A stretch of 64,000 nt of DNA from Planctomycetota bacterium. GTDB taxonomy: Bacteria > Planctomycetota > UBA1135. Both the position numbers and the translations under genes were made by a program. The stretch is taken from positions 1 through 64,000 of the forward strand of contig JASFYO010000019.1 in NCBI GenBank assembly GCA_045047305.1, written 5' to 3'. Below the pieces are notes generated by a model. That model saw nothing but the letters and a program-made list of their open reading frames with translations, did no database searches and was not told where the DNA came from. Position 1 is the stretch's first letter. Every line of letters begins with the position of its first letter. Below, in pieces: positions 45,414 through 55,652 of this stretch.

Positions 45414-46803
45414 GTTCGAATGCACTCTGCGGGACCCAGTGCATGGCGACATCCCATTGACTCGGGAAGAGATGGGAATCCTAGACACCAAAGAGATGCA
45501 GCGTTTGCGCAACGTGCGTCAATTGGGTGCCGCTTATTTGATTTACCCTGGTGCGCAGCATGCGCGCTTTGAGCATTCCGTTGGCACCGCACATCTTGCA
45601 ACTAAGATGGCGGCTTCGATTAACCAGGTGCGCGACCAACAAAACGATGGTCGTCTCGATGGTTTTGACGACCACGGCTTACGCATTATTCGTCTCGCTG
45701 CACTCGTTCACGATGCAACCCATCTACCTTTTGGTCATAACATTGAAGATCAAACTGGATTGTTGCCACGCCACGATACGCCGAGTCGTTTCGAGAACAT
45801 GTTCTCCGACTCCACCGAGCTTGGCCGTGCCTTACGTGACACCGGCGCACGCGACGATGTGTTGTCCATTCTCGCGCCGGAGCTGATTGCAGAAAATCGT
45901 CGCGTTCCAGAATTCTGGGGTGGCTTAGTGAGTGGCACCATCGATGCCGACATGCTGGATTACCTTGCTCGCGACGCCATGTTTACTGGCTTGAAGATCG
46001 AGTACGACCCGCGCATCTTCAATGTCTTCCGCGTCGATCGCCGTAGCCAACAACTTTTCGTTGATCTTGGTCGTCAGGGATATCTAAAGGAGGCGGTGCT
46101 GAGCGAGATTATTCGCTGTCTCGAAGCGCGCTATTACTTCTCGGAACGGGTTTACTACCATCACGCCAAAATCGCAGCCGGATCCTTGGTTGCCAAGGCG
46201 GTAGAGATTGTGTTGCTGGAGAAGGCCGTCACCTTCGAGCAGCTGCAAGAATCTACAGATGCCGGTCTTTTTGGCCTGCTGGAACGCGCAGAAATTGCAG
46301 ATCCCGCCCGTCGGGCTCAACTCGATATGTATTTATCAGCCCTTTCACGTCGGGTTTTGCCCAAGCGAGCTGCGGTCTACCCGGTTTATGCCAATCAGGA
46401 GATTCAACAGAGTCTCATCGACCGCTTTTTTGGCTCTGGTTCTGCTGAGCATCGCCGCGCCACCGAGCGCAAAATGTCAGAGGCTTTGGAGAAGAAGGCC
46501 GGGCGCAAGATCCCTGTGATGCTGTACTGTCCGGCTGGTCACATGCAGCTGAAACAAGCAAAAATGCTTGTGCATTGGCCGGGAGCTCAAGGTTTGGCTC
46601 CGCTTGCCGATTATGCGGATGAGGTTCCACGTTTGCGCGACCTGGAACAGAGCTATACGCGGGGGTGGAAATTCTATGTTCATGTACTTAGTAACGACCC
46701 CGAAGAATTGTTGGCAGCGCAACAAGTGTGTGCCGATTTCTTCCCCGAGGCGACTAATGTTTTGGCCCCTCCGAAGGGCGCGACCAGCCGTCATTTTCTG
46801 TAA
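45406..46803 (+). CDS. HD-domain phosphohydrolase (SAMHD1/dNTPase-like)
   Basis: RDPVHG, QRLR...QLG...YPGA.H.RFEHS.G, HD, DAD.LDY..RD, VYYHH; TTG45406 with GGAGG SD. Confidence 0.85.
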   Translation: MLKFECTLRDPVHGDIPLTREEMGILDTKEMQRLRNVRQLGAAYLIYPGAQHARFEHSVGTAHLATKMAASINQVRDQQNDGRLDGFDDHGLRIIRLAALVHDATHLPFGHNIEDQTGLLPRHDTPSRFENMFSDSTELGRALRDTGARDDVLSILAPELIAENRRVPEFWGGLVSGTIDADMLDYLARDAMFTGLKIEYDPRIFNVFRVDRRSQQLFVDLGRQGYLKEAVLSEIIRCLEARYYFSERVYYHHAKIAAGSLVAKAVEIVLLEKAVTFEQLQESTDAGLFGLLERAEIADPARRAQLDMYLSALSRRVLPKRAAVYPVYANQEIQQSLIDRFFGSGSAEHRRATERKMSEALEKKAGRKIPVMLYCPAGHMQLKQAKMLVHWPGAQGLAPLADYADEVPRLRDLEQSYTRGWKFYVHVLSNDPEELLAAQQVCADFFPEATNVLAPPKGATSRHFL

Positions 46804-46877
46804 CGGTTCCTTGAATCCCACCTACAATGAAGGACACCTCATTGGTCCTGTCCTGGCCAATCCCGTCCCCTGAGGAA

Positions 46878-47699
46878 ATGATTCGAACCCTAATCCTTGC
46901 CCTCGGCTCCATACTTATGTTTGGTGCCGTCCAAGCCTCTCCGGATTTCCTCCGAGACCGTGGCACACTGTCCTTGTCTGCCGCCGAAAGCGTTGTTTTC
47001 CTTGGCATCGCAGGGGATTATTCGGAAGTAAACGCCGACGACCTCGCCATCCGCCTCTCAGGCGAATTGGATTTGGTATTCGTTGGTGATTCCATTCGCG
47101 CGATGGCCGATCGTTCACGCCGCGTTTGGGCCGTGCGCACGGGTGAGCCGAAAAAGGTTGTAAAGAAGTTGAAGAAGCCGCTGAAAAAGCTCGGTTTCAA
47201 AGTGACAAAGTTGCAAGTCACTGTGGTGCAACCACTAAGGAACGATGCCAGGGCCATGCGCAGCGCCTCCCGGGTTATTGAAGGCGACAAAAAGGTATGG
47301 ACCGTATGGGCCGACCGCCGTTCTCCAGGGGTTTGGATCTTTCACGAGTCAAAGCTGAGCGGCAAGAAGATTGAAGGTATGTTTCGCAAAACGGATGCCA
47401 AGGTGGCTTTCTACCACCAGGAATTTGAGTTTTCGACCAACCAAGGTGCCGACCTCCCGGCACTCACTGCGGCAGCCGAGGAAAATCTCGATTCGCTGAA
47501 GGTGTGCGTACGTGAGGACCACCTAGTCCTGGACCTATTCCTGCGCGATATCGATTCCATGCTTTTGCTGGAAAACGAAAAGCACACCAAGCAGTTTCTG
47601 TGCCCCGATATTGTGAATCCATTTTTGGGAACCAGTGCTGTGGCTAGCCTCGATTGGGCGGTCACGCTTGAGAACACCGGCTTTCCCTTCGTGAACTAA
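46878..47699 (+). CDS. Exported hypothetical protein
   Basis: GAGGA SD; signal peptide ending AVQA. Confidence 0.65.
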   Translation: MIRTLILALGSILMFGAVQASPDFLRDRGTLSLSAAESVVFLGIAGDYSEVNADDLAIRLSGELDLVFVGDSIRAMADRSRRVWAVRTGEPKKVVKKLKKPLKKLGFKVTKLQVTVVQPLRNDARAMRSASRVIEGDKKVWTVWADRRSPGVWIFHESKLSGKKIEGMFRKTDAKVAFYHQEFEFSTNQGADLPALTAAAEENLDSLKVCVREDHLVLDLFLRDIDSMLLLENEKHTKQFLCPDIVNPFLGTSAVASLDWAVTLENTGFPFVN

Positions 47700-47752
47700 T
47701 TGCGGCGTCTCTGTGTTCCGAAAATTAGGGGCAACTTTCAATTTGGTTTTTG

Positions 47753-47886
47753 AAAAAGTGCACTAACCCGGAGAGGTTAGGTGGGTAAATAGAGGCGTGG
47801 AAACTATCGCGACACCATCCTTCGCCTCCGCAACACCAGGGCCTTTGCCTGGATCGTTGCCAGTCTTTCGATTTGAGCCTTCACCC
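47753..47886 (-). ncRNA. Candidate structured ncRNA (multibranch fold plus terminator-like hairpin)
   Basis: Closing stem GGGUGAA/UUUACCC, internal stems GCAAC..CCAGG/CCUGG..GUUGC and GAGGCG/CGCCUC, then a CUAACC/GGUUAG hairpin and U5; family not recognised. Confidence 0.35.
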
Positions 47887-47916
47887 TGTAGATTAAAACA
47901 GATTTCCCTTTTATAT

Positions 47917-49125
47917 TTAGGCTAATCCAGCCAATCGCGCAGCAATGCGGCTTAAGGATTCACGCAGGATATCTTCCGAGGTAGCAAAGGATATGCGGAA
48001 ACTATTCGGTGCTCCAAATGCACTTCCGCCAATGCAGGCAACGCGATCCGCTTCGAGCAGAAGTTCTGCGAAGTCATCTCCAGATTGGATGGTCCTTCCA
48101 CTTTCCGCATCGGTTTTGCCAAGGATTTTTTGGATCCCGATAAAGGCGTAGAAAGCCCCTTCTGGCCGTGGGCAGTCCACTTGCGGCATATCTTGGATGG
48201 CGGTGAACACTAAGTCGCAGCGCCGCTCGAATTCTTTTCGCATGGTTTCGCGGTCAGTATCAGCGTTTTCAATTGCCGCAAGTGAGGCAAGTTGTGCGAT
48301 GGCATTGGGGGAACCCGCAAGTTGGCTTTGTACTGTTGCGATGCGATCTACCAAATCTGTGGGGCCGGCAAGAAAACCCATACGCCAGCCAGTCATGGCA
48401 TAGGCTTTACTCATGCCGCCAATCCACACGCTGGTCTCGCGCAAGGATGGAACTAAAGCAAGTGGTGATCGGTGCTTGGCGTCGCCATAGGTGAGGCCGC
48501 AGTAAATTTCATCGGAAATGACTCGCACTCCGTGTTCAGCGGCCCATTCTCCTATCGCGCTTAGGGTGGCCTCGGGATAAACCACACCGGTAGGATTGCT
48601 CGGCGAGTTCAACAGGATGGCCGCAGTCTTTTGGGTGCGAGCCTTTTCCAAATCCGCCACCTCGGGTAAATGGCCAGGACCGCAAGGGACCATGATGGGC
48701 ACTCCCTGCACCAGCTTCACCATCTCTGGATAGGAGGTCCAGCACGGCGTGGGTAGCAAAACCTCGTTGCCAGCTTCTACCATCACCATCAAGGCTTGCG
48801 CGATGGCAATCTTGGCCCCATTGGTCACCACGATTTGTTGCGCAGAGTATTCCAGGCCGTGTTCGCGTTTTAGTTGGCTCGCGACAGCCTCGCGCAGGCT
48901 CAGAAGCCCAGCCGCAGGGGTGTAGCGACCTTGGCCGTCGCGAATGGCTCGGATGCCAGCCTCTTCAGCGCAAGCGGGAGGCGTGAAGTCCGGCTCTCCT
49001 GCAGTGAGGTCGAGGATTTCAATGCCTTTGCCGACCAATTGCTTGACTCGGGCAAACATAACCAAGGTGGCAGAAGGCTCAAGAGAGGCTGCGCGTTGGG
49101 CAAATGGATGGGGTAAGGAGGACAT
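47917..49125 (-). CDS. PLP-dependent aminotransferase class I (aspartate aminotransferase-like)
   Basis: AGEPDF, NSPSNPTG, SDEIY, SKAYAMTGWRMG, GAFY. Confidence 0.92.
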   Translation of the reverse strand: MSSLPHPFAQRAASLEPSATLVMFARVKQLVGKGIEILDLTAGEPDFTPPACAEEAGIRAIRDGQGRYTPAAGLLSLREAVASQLKREHGLEYSAQQIVVTNGAKIAIAQALMVMVEAGNEVLLPTPCWTSYPEMVKLVQGVPIMVPCGPGHLPEVADLEKARTQKTAAILLNSPSNPTGVVYPEATLSAIGEWAAEHGVRVISDEIYCGLTYGDAKHRSPLALVPSLRETSVWIGGMSKAYAMTGWRMGFLAGPTDLVDRIATVQSQLAGSPNAIAQLASLAAIENADTDRETMRKEFERRCDLVFTAIQDMPQVDCPRPEGAFYAFIGIQKILGKTDAESGRTIQSGDDFAELLLEADRVACIGGSAFGAPNSFRISFATSEDILRESLSRIAARLAGLA

Positions 49126-49197
49126 CGGGCAAGGTTCAAGGTTGACGCCGGGGCGTGGGGACGGAATTCTACTCTCCGAGCGTCTCAAAGAACTGCC

Positions 49198-51252
49198 ATG
49201 CCTGAAATCGGAATCTTAGATCGGCTGCGCGAATTCGTCCGCAGCCGACGTTTCATGTGGATCATCACCATCGTTTTTGCGGTGGTGCTATTCCTCTATA
49301 TGCTTTTTGTCACCCTGATCTTCAATCCATTTGAAGCCAAGCTTGGCGACACAGCGACCATTGTGCCGGCGCAGGTGGATTATTTCATTCGCTGGGGCAA
49401 AGCTGGCGAGCAGTTTGCTGAATTCCCAGAACCGAAGGCTTGGTCCTATGTAGAAGACAGCCCGAGTTACAAGGAGGCGATGTCTTCTGGCGCCATGCGC
49501 GAACTTGGAGCGAGTACCGGTGTGACTGGAATGTTGGCGGAGCTCGGCAACATCTCTCAGTATCTTCCGATTGGCCTTTCGCTTAAGGAGGATTTTCTAG
49601 GCGAGGTGGTGATTGCAGGCAAAGGCGAAATGCACTTTGATAGTCGCTTCGAAGGCATGGTGATGCTGCGCGGTTCAAGCAAAGTCAAAATGGGCGTGGC
49701 CATGCTTGGTTTTGGTTTTGTACGCGAGAAACTTCCTGAGGGCGTGCAAGTTGAGGAATTGGACGACGGCATCTATAAGATTCCACAGTTCGAACCATTC
49801 GGCTTTCAAGATGCGTACCTCGGTCGGGTGCAGGACATCATTATTCTCTCGAGCCGCTTGGAAATGATTGGGGAGGCGCGTGACTTAAACTTGCGTTCTG
49901 GTCAAGATTCTTTGGCGCAAGCGTCGAATTTTCGTGATAATGTGACCGCCTTCCTGGGTCCCGACGAACACCCCATCGAAACTTTTTTCCGTTGGGATAA
50001 AATTGGCCCGCAGGTTGGGCGCTGGCCTGATCCAAATAGCCAGAGCCTGGGCTCGCGTTTTATTGGCCGATTGTTCCATACTGGTCTTCTGCGTTACCTC
50101 TCGGGCTACATGGAGTTGGGGCAGAAAATGGAACTGCGCATGTCCGGCGACTTGGACTTGAGTGCTGCCGATTCTTTCACTTCGTCTTGGCTTGAAGGTG
50201 CAGGAGTTGGTGCGCAGCGGATGAAAGACTTTGCCTCGATGACTCCAGCAAACAGTTTTTCATTTACCGCGATTGGCGGAGATCCAGGCAAGGTTTTGTT
50301 GGAAGCCTATGACCTAACAGCGAGTGACTTGCGCCGTTCCATCGATGAGGCGGTGGCGCAGAGTGGGCAGTACCAAGGTATGACCCATTTGCTGCGCGAG
50401 ATTGGTGGAATTTATAAGCCGGGTATCGCGGTGATCATGAGCGAATACATTCCTCCGAAGAAATCGCAAGCGGGTGAAGAAGATAATGCGCCAGCGCACG
50501 ATAACACCCCAGTCCCATTTTTTGCTGTCATGGGAAAAGTGCGCGACATGGATGCATACCATCGGGTATTCGATTACCTAAAGCAGAACTGGACCGAATT
50601 TACCGGGCGTCGAGAGGATCCAATTCAGACAGTGCGTTTTAACAGTGGAGCAACCGCCACTAGTTTTGTTTCACGCGTGGTGCCGGGTACTGGAGAAATC
50701 GTTTTACTCTACATTCCAACTCTGGAAACGCTGATTCTCACCAACTCCGCAGACTTTGCTCAAACCATGAATGACACGGCATTCGTGGAGAGACGTAGTG
50801 CAGAAGCTAAGCGTCGGCAATTGTTACACCAAAAGGGTTTCGTTACAGCATTGGCAGGCAGCAGCAATGGTGCACATTTGTTTATGTGGGTCGACCCAGG
50901 GCAAGCGCGCAAATGGTTGGAGTTGAATGCGATTGCGTCTGCGGAAGAATCCTTCCGTCAAGAGAAGGAGGCAGCCTGGAGGACCCTGCGTCCGCAAGAG
51001 GAAAAACGCCTGCGCGAGAAAATGTTCGATGGTCGCACCGACCTGAACGGAGTGGAGGAAGGCCAGTTGCTTGATGCGGTCGATGAAGCGTTGCTAAGCG
51101 CTGACACTGGATCGGGCCAGCGGGTGCCGGTCATCGCTGAGGCAAACCGTCACGCATGGCAGCCGTTTCAAGTGATGGACTGGTTCTCCTTTGGCCTCCG
51201 CGTAAGCCGACGCCATGTCGAGGTCGTCGTTCAGGCGGAACTCGGCGGTTAG
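49198..51252 (+). CDS. Hypothetical membrane-anchored periplasmic protein
   Basis: 684-aa ORF with a single N-terminal TM helix. Confidence 0.7.
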   Translation: MPEIGILDRLREFVRSRRFMWIITIVFAVVLFLYMLFVTLIFNPFEAKLGDTATIVPAQVDYFIRWGKAGEQFAEFPEPKAWSYVEDSPSYKEAMSSGAMRELGASTGVTGMLAELGNISQYLPIGLSLKEDFLGEVVIAGKGEMHFDSRFEGMVMLRGSSKVKMGVAMLGFGFVREKLPEGVQVEELDDGIYKIPQFEPFGFQDAYLGRVQDIIILSSRLEMIGEARDLNLRSGQDSLAQASNFRDNVTAFLGPDEHPIETFFRWDKIGPQVGRWPDPNSQSLGSRFIGRLFHTGLLRYLSGYMELGQKMELRMSGDLDLSAADSFTSSWLEGAGVGAQRMKDFASMTPANSFSFTAIGGDPGKVLLEAYDLTASDLRRSIDEAVAQSGQYQGMTHLLREIGGIYKPGIAVIMSEYIPPKKSQAGEEDNAPAHDNTPVPFFAVMGKVRDMDAYHRVFDYLKQNWTEFTGRREDPIQTVRFNSGATATSFVSRVVPGTGEIVLLYIPTLETLILTNSADFAQTMNDTAFVERRSAEAKRRQLLHQKGFVTALAGSSNGAHLFMWVDPGQARKWLELNAIASAEESFRQEKEAAWRTLRPQEEKRLREKMFDGRTDLNGVEEGQLLDAVDEALLSADTGSGQRVPVIAEANRHAWQPFQVMDWFSFGLRVSRRHVEVVVQAELGG

Positions 51253-51331
51253 ATTTCTGCTTGTGTGCATTTTTGTCGAGCTAGGGCTGTACAGGAACGA
51301 GGGGAGGGCTAGAATTTCCCCTCGCAACCCA

Positions 51332-51420
51332 GCCGGGGTGGCGGAATTGGCAGACGCGCATGGTTGAGGGCCATGTTGGGTTAATACCCAGTGCAGGTTC
51401 GACTCCTGTTCCCGGCACCA
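51332..51420 (+). tRNA. tRNA-Leu(GAG)
   Basis: GCCGGGG/TCCCGGC acceptor stem, GGAATTGGCAGAC D-arm, CATGG-TTGAGGG-CCATG anticodon arm, long variable arm, GTTCGA T-loop, encoded CCA. Confidence 0.97.
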
Positions 51421-51424
51421 AATC

Positions 51425-51455
51425 ACGAGTCACCTTCGGGTGGCTCGTTTTTTTT
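51425..51455 (+). terminator. Intrinsic terminator after the tRNA
   Basis: ACGAGTCACC-TTCG-GGTGGCTCGT followed by T7. Confidence 0.9.
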
Positions 51456-51515
51456 GGCACCCGGCTGCCCCCTCGGCCCGGGAGTAATTTTCAAGCCCTG
51501 CTAAAATCCAGAACC

Positions 51516-52391
51516 ATGCCTAGCCCAAAACTTAGCGTCCAAACCACCACCCTTTGGGAATACCCTTCGCAGCATTATGGCGATGGGGAGCAAGGGAGTC
51601 AGGATTATCGTGGCGCAACGCCGTCCTACATCATCTGGAATCTGCTGCAGCGCTACACCAAAAAGAATGATTTGGTGGTCGATCCTTTCTGCGGCAGTGG
51701 CACCACACTTGATGTTGCCGCCGACATGAAGCGCAAAGGGTTGGGCTACGATTTGCAGCCGCATCATGAACGCGTGATTCGAGCCGATGCGCGCGACTTG
51801 CCGCTGGAAAACAACAAAGCGGACTTCGTGTTTATGGACCCGCCTTATGGCGACAACTTGACTTACTCTGGATTGCCTGAGTGTATCGGTGAAATTCCGG
51901 CAACCGATCCACGTTACTTTGAAGCCTTTGAGCAAGTGTTCTCAGAGGTGGACCGCATTTTGCGTCCCGGGCGTTATATGGCAGTTTACGTTTCGGATAT
52001 TTGGAAGAGCAGCGCCTTTGTTCCACTTGGGAGCATTCTTTCTGAAATGCTTGCGCAGCGATTTTTGCCGGTGGATCACATTGCGGTGGTTCGCGGAAAT
52101 AAGGATTTAGAGAAAGGGAATTACCACAAGTCAGCCGAGGAGGAAAAGTTCTTCCTGCGCGGCTTCAATCACTTGTTGATTTTCAAGAAACCGGAAGCCG
52201 GGGAAGTGCGCCGCGCCAGAGTGGAAGGCAAAGTCCGTCAGCGCAAAGAGTCCCGCGAAATGGGTGACCCGAAGCGTGAAGATGGACGCGGCGGCGGATC
52301 ACGCCAAGGTGGCGGAGGAAATCGAGGACGTCGTTCAGGCGGTGGCGGAAGTCGTGGCAGTGGCGGTGGTCCTTGGAAGGGCGGCCGCTAA
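51516..52391 (+). CDS. SAM-dependent amino-methyltransferase (N6/N4 DNA MTase or Trm11-like) with Gly/Arg-rich tail
   Basis: DPFCGSGTT (motif I) followed by DPPY (motif IV); start ATG51516. Confidence 0.8.
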   Translation: MPSPKLSVQTTTLWEYPSQHYGDGEQGSQDYRGATPSYIIWNLLQRYTKKNDLVVDPFCGSGTTLDVAADMKRKGLGYDLQPHHERVIRADARDLPLENNKADFVFMDPPYGDNLTYSGLPECIGEIPATDPRYFEAFEQVFSEVDRILRPGRYMAVYVSDIWKSSAFVPLGSILSEMLAQRFLPVDHIAVVRGNKDLEKGNYHKSAEEEKFFLRGFNHLLIFKKPEAGEVRRARVEGKVRQRKESREMGDPKREDGRGGGSRQGGGGNRGRRSGGGGSRGSGGGPWKGGR

Positions 52392-52406
52392 ATGTAGACC
52401 GTTCGA

Positions 52407-53378
52407 CTAATGCTTTACACGTAATCGTGTGAGCAGAGGCAAGTGATCGGAGCCGATTCCAGATTGCGGCTTGCAAAAAACGATGCCGACTTCTTGCGTA
52501 ACCAAAACATGGTCAATAGGGACTCCCAATGGTGGGAAGAAGGTTGGCCAAGTTGGTTTCCATCCGTGCAGCGCGGATCGTAGCGATGCCGTTTTACAAG
52601 TTTGCTTGAAGATATGCGACCAGGGTGTCGTGTTAAGGTCGCCGAGCAAAACAGCAGGGCCGGTCTTCGCTGTGAGATAATCTGCAATCGCATGGAGTTG
52701 GGCATCTCGTTTGGCGACAAAATGTTTGCGCATCGGGGGCATCGGATGGGTCGCGATTAGGAGTAACGGCTTCTCCGTTCTCGTGGTAGCCAAAATTGAA
52801 GGGTGACCGGTCTCGGCAAAATCGCGCTCCTCAAAATCCATAGGGACCCGACTCCAAATCAGGATGCCAAAATATCCCTGATCCGCGAAGGTCATTTGAT
52901 AGGGGTACTCCGCCTTGAGGTGGCTCAACGCTTGGACCCATTTTGCATTGATCTCGATGAGTGAGAATACATCGGGCTTTTGCTCTTCAATCATCGCAAC
53001 CAGGCTTTCCATATCTTGGTTGGTGAGATGGACGTTCGCGCTGAGAATCGTGAGATCACATTCTTCAGGGGCTACCGTTAAAGTGTCTGCAAAGAGGAAG
53101 CTCAGGCTGAGAGCTTGGGCGGTGACGGTAGATGCGAGTGCAATTGCAAGCACGCGCTCTCGTTGCCACAGGAGAAGCAGTACTCCGGCGAGGCTAACAA
53201 TAAATATCTGCGGTCGGAAGTGAGTCGTAAGCTCTAACCACCAAGGCAACCCTGGGAAAAAGGTGAGACTCGAAAGTGCAATCAGTGCAACTGCTGAGAC
53301 TCGTTTGAGCCGCCGACGGTTTAGAAGAGATTGTTTGATGCCAAAGAATAGCTTAAGCCAAGGCGTCGTCCGCAACAT
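52407..53378 (-). CDS. Endonuclease/exonuclease/phosphatase family membrane protein
   Basis: N-terminal TMs; [30 protein letters not shown]; start uncertain. Confidence 0.85.
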   Translation of the reverse strand: MLRTTPWLKLFFGIKQSLLNRRRLKRVSAVALIALSSLTFFPGLPWWLELTTHFRPQIFIVSLAGVLLLLWQRERVLAIALASTVTAQALSLSFLFADTLTVAPEECDLTILSANVHLTNQDMESLVAMIEEQKPDVFSLIEINAKWVQALSHLKAEYPYQMTFADQGYFGILIWSRVPMDFEERDFAETGHPSILATTRTEKPLLLIATHPMPPMRKHFVAKRDAQLHAIADYLTAKTGPAVLLGDLNTTPWSHIFKQTCKTASLRSALHGWKPTWPTFFPPLGVPIDHVLVTQEVGIVFCKPQSGIGSDHLPLLTRLRVKH

Positions 53379-54909
53379 GATAGTGCGGATCTTCCAACAC
53401 ATTAATCTCGATCAAGCTACCGGCTTTGCCCAGTAGGTCTTTGCAGTCAGGGCTTAGGTGGCGCAGGTGCAGCTTTTTGCCAGCCTTGATGTAGCGTTCG
53501 GCAAGAGAATCAATCGCTTCTATTGCAGAGTGATCGGAAACGCGAGCGTGCTCGAATTCAACAATGATGTCCTCCGGATCGCCTTTTGGATCAAAGAGTT
53601 CGCTGAAACTTTTGGTCGACCCAAAGAATAGCGGGCCACGAATGGAGTACACCTTAGAGCCACCTTTTTCGATGTGGGTGACTGCGTGAATTATTTTGGC
53701 ATGCTTCCAGGCAAACACCAAAGCTGACACCATCACTCCGACGAAAACTGCCATGGCTAGGTCGGTCACCACGGTTACCCCGGAAACTAAAATGATAACG
53801 AAGGCGTCGGACATGGGGATTTTGGTCATCACGCGCAGGCTCGACCAGGCAAAGGTTCCAATCACCACCATGAACATGACGCCGACTAATGCAGCGACCG
53901 GGACCACTTCAATCAAGGGTGACGCAATCAACACGAAGGCAAGCAACACCACTGCGGCGGTGATTCCGGAAACGCGCCCACGTCCGCCGGAGTTAATGTT
54001 GATCATGCTTTGACCAATCATCGCGCAGCCACCCATGCCGCCGAACAAACCACACGTTACGTTCGCTACTCCTTGTGCCACACATTCTTTGTTGCCGCGG
54101 CCACGAGTCTCGGTGAGTTCATCGACCAGGGTTAAGGTAAGCAAAGACTCAATCAGGCCGACGGCCGCCAGAATGATGGAGTAGGGCAAGATGATCCACA
54201 GCGTTTCCATGTTGAATGGAACCGCAGGGATGGAGAAGGATGGCAAGGTGCCGGCAAGGGTCGCCCCTTCATCGCCAGTCATGGAACGCAGATAATCCAC
54301 AATCGATGGCGAGTCTAAGCCGAGGCCCATGACCACTAAAGTAATCCCGACAATCGCAACTAGAGAAGATGGCACTGCTTTGGTGAACTTCGGCAAGAAG
54401 TGAATGATGGCCATGGTGGCGGCGACCAAGCCGAGCATGGTGAACATTTGCGAACCCGCCATCCATTGCATTTCACCACTTGCACCAAGCGTTTTGAACT
54501 GACCTAATTGCGCAAGGAAAATCACGATCGCCAATCCGTTGACGAAACCCAACATAACTGGGTGCGGAACCATGCGAATGAATTTTCCTAAGCGGAAAAC
54601 ACCAGCCGCTCCTTGAATGAGTCCCATGAGGAGTACGGCAGCAAACATGTACTCCACTCCATGTTCGGCAACCAAGGCCACAAGCACCACGGCGATGGCG
54701 CCAGTTGCTCCAGAGATCATGCCTGGGCGGCCACCCAAGACTGCGGTGATCAAGCCAACCATGAAGGCGGCATGTAGGCCCACAATCGGGTCGACGCCAG
54801 CCACAAACGCAAATGCCACTGCTTCTGGGACCAATGCCAAAGCCACGGTGAGGCCTGACAGTATGTCGTTTTTAAGGTTGAAGCGTGGGCTTGGATTGAG
54901 TTCAAACAT
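53353..54909 (-). CDS. SulP/SLC26 inorganic anion transporter with STAS domain
   Basis: [50 protein letters not shown]. Confidence 0.93.
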   Translation of the reverse strand: MFELNPSPRFNLKNDILSGLTVALALVPEAVAFAFVAGVDPIVGLHAAFMVGLITAVLGGRPGMISGATGAIAVVLVALVAEHGVEYMFAAVLLMGLIQGAAGVFRLGKFIRMVPHPVMLGFVNGLAIVIFLAQLGQFKTLGASGEMQWMAGSQMFTMLGLVAATMAIIHFLPKFTKAVPSSLVAIVGITLVVMGLGLDSPSIVDYLRSMTGDEGATLAGTLPSFSIPAVPFNMETLWIILPYSIILAAVGLIESLLTLTLVDELTETRGRGNKECVAQGVANVTCGLFGGMGGCAMIGQSMININSGGRGRVSGITAAVVLLAFVLIASPLIEVVPVAALVGVMFMVVIGTFAWSSLRVMTKIPMSDAFVIILVSGVTVVTDLAMAVFVGVMVSALVFAWKHAKIIHAVTHIEKGGSKVYSIRGPLFFGSTKSFSELFDPKGDPEDIIVEFEHARVSDHSAIEAIDSLAERYIKAGKKLHLRHLSPDCKDLLGKAGSLIEINVLEDPHYHVADDALA

Positions 54910-55067
54910 GGTGTCGGAGTGCCCCAATCAAGGATTTGGGCGCAACACCTTAGCTGTTAAATCGATAGGGTCAATCACAATCCGAATTCCTTCACCGGGT
55001 GGCGCAATGGGCCATGCTTAGGGCTAGTATGGGCATCACTCCAAGTGGAGCCCCCAAAGCGATTAAG

Positions 55068-55643
55068 ATGATTCCAGCCGAAGAAGCCTTGCAGAAATTG
55101 ATCGACGGCAACCGTCGGTTTGTTGCCGGAAAAACGTATTGCGAGCCCTGGGAAGTTCAGGCTCATCGCGCGGCCTTGGTCGAAGGGCAAAAGCCCTTTG
55201 CCGTTATTTTGGGTTGTTCAGATTCCCGCGCCCCAACCGAGGTTATCTTTGACCAAGGATTAGGTGCGCTTTTTGTCGTGCGCATTGCTGGAAATATCGC
55301 GGCGCCATCTCAAATAGGAAGCATTGAGTATGCCGTTGATTTTTTGGGTGCGCGGCTGGTGGTGGTCATGGGCCACACCTCTTGCGGTGCGGTCGCGGCC
55401 GCGATTGCCCAAATGAAAGAGGGCCTGGAGATTGAATCTCCGAATCTGCGCAGCGTGGTGGATGAAATCCGGCCGGTTGTGGATGCAGATTCTCCAGCCG
55501 ATGCAGTGCGCGCAAATGTGCGCCATAGCGTGAAGGTATTGAAAACCGAATCGACCATCCTTCATACAAGGATGAAAGATGGCCAGTTAAAAATCGTTGG
55601 CGCGGAATACTGCTTGGAAAGTGGCGCGGTGAGTTTTCTGTAG
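55068..55643 (+). CDS. Beta-class carbonic anhydrase
   Basis: L.DGNRRF, GQKP, GCSDSR, RIAGN, GHTSCGAV; start could be 55029. Confidence 0.92.
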   Translation: MIPAEEALQKLIDGNRRFVAGKTYCEPWEVQAHRAALVEGQKPFAVILGCSDSRAPTEVIFDQGLGALFVVRIAGNIAAPSQIGSIEYAVDFLGARLVVVMGHTSCGAVAAAIAQMKEGLEIESPNLRSVVDEIRPVVDADSPADAVRANVRHSVKVLKTESTILHTRMKDGQLKIVGAEYCLESGAVSFL

Positions 55644-55652
55644 GGGGGGGGC

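Noticed and set aside
47820..47886. Resemblance of the structured element to a c-di-GMP-I riboswitch (GAAA tetraloop, GCAAAG)
   Set aside because: Conserved junction and receptor sequences do not line up, and there is no downstream same-strand gene
51332..52391. tRNA-Leu followed by a methyltransferase as a possible integrated element or R-M system
   Set aside because: No integrase, no duplicated tRNA 3' end seen and no restriction enzyme; the ORF extension to 51360 runs through the tRNA and is spurious
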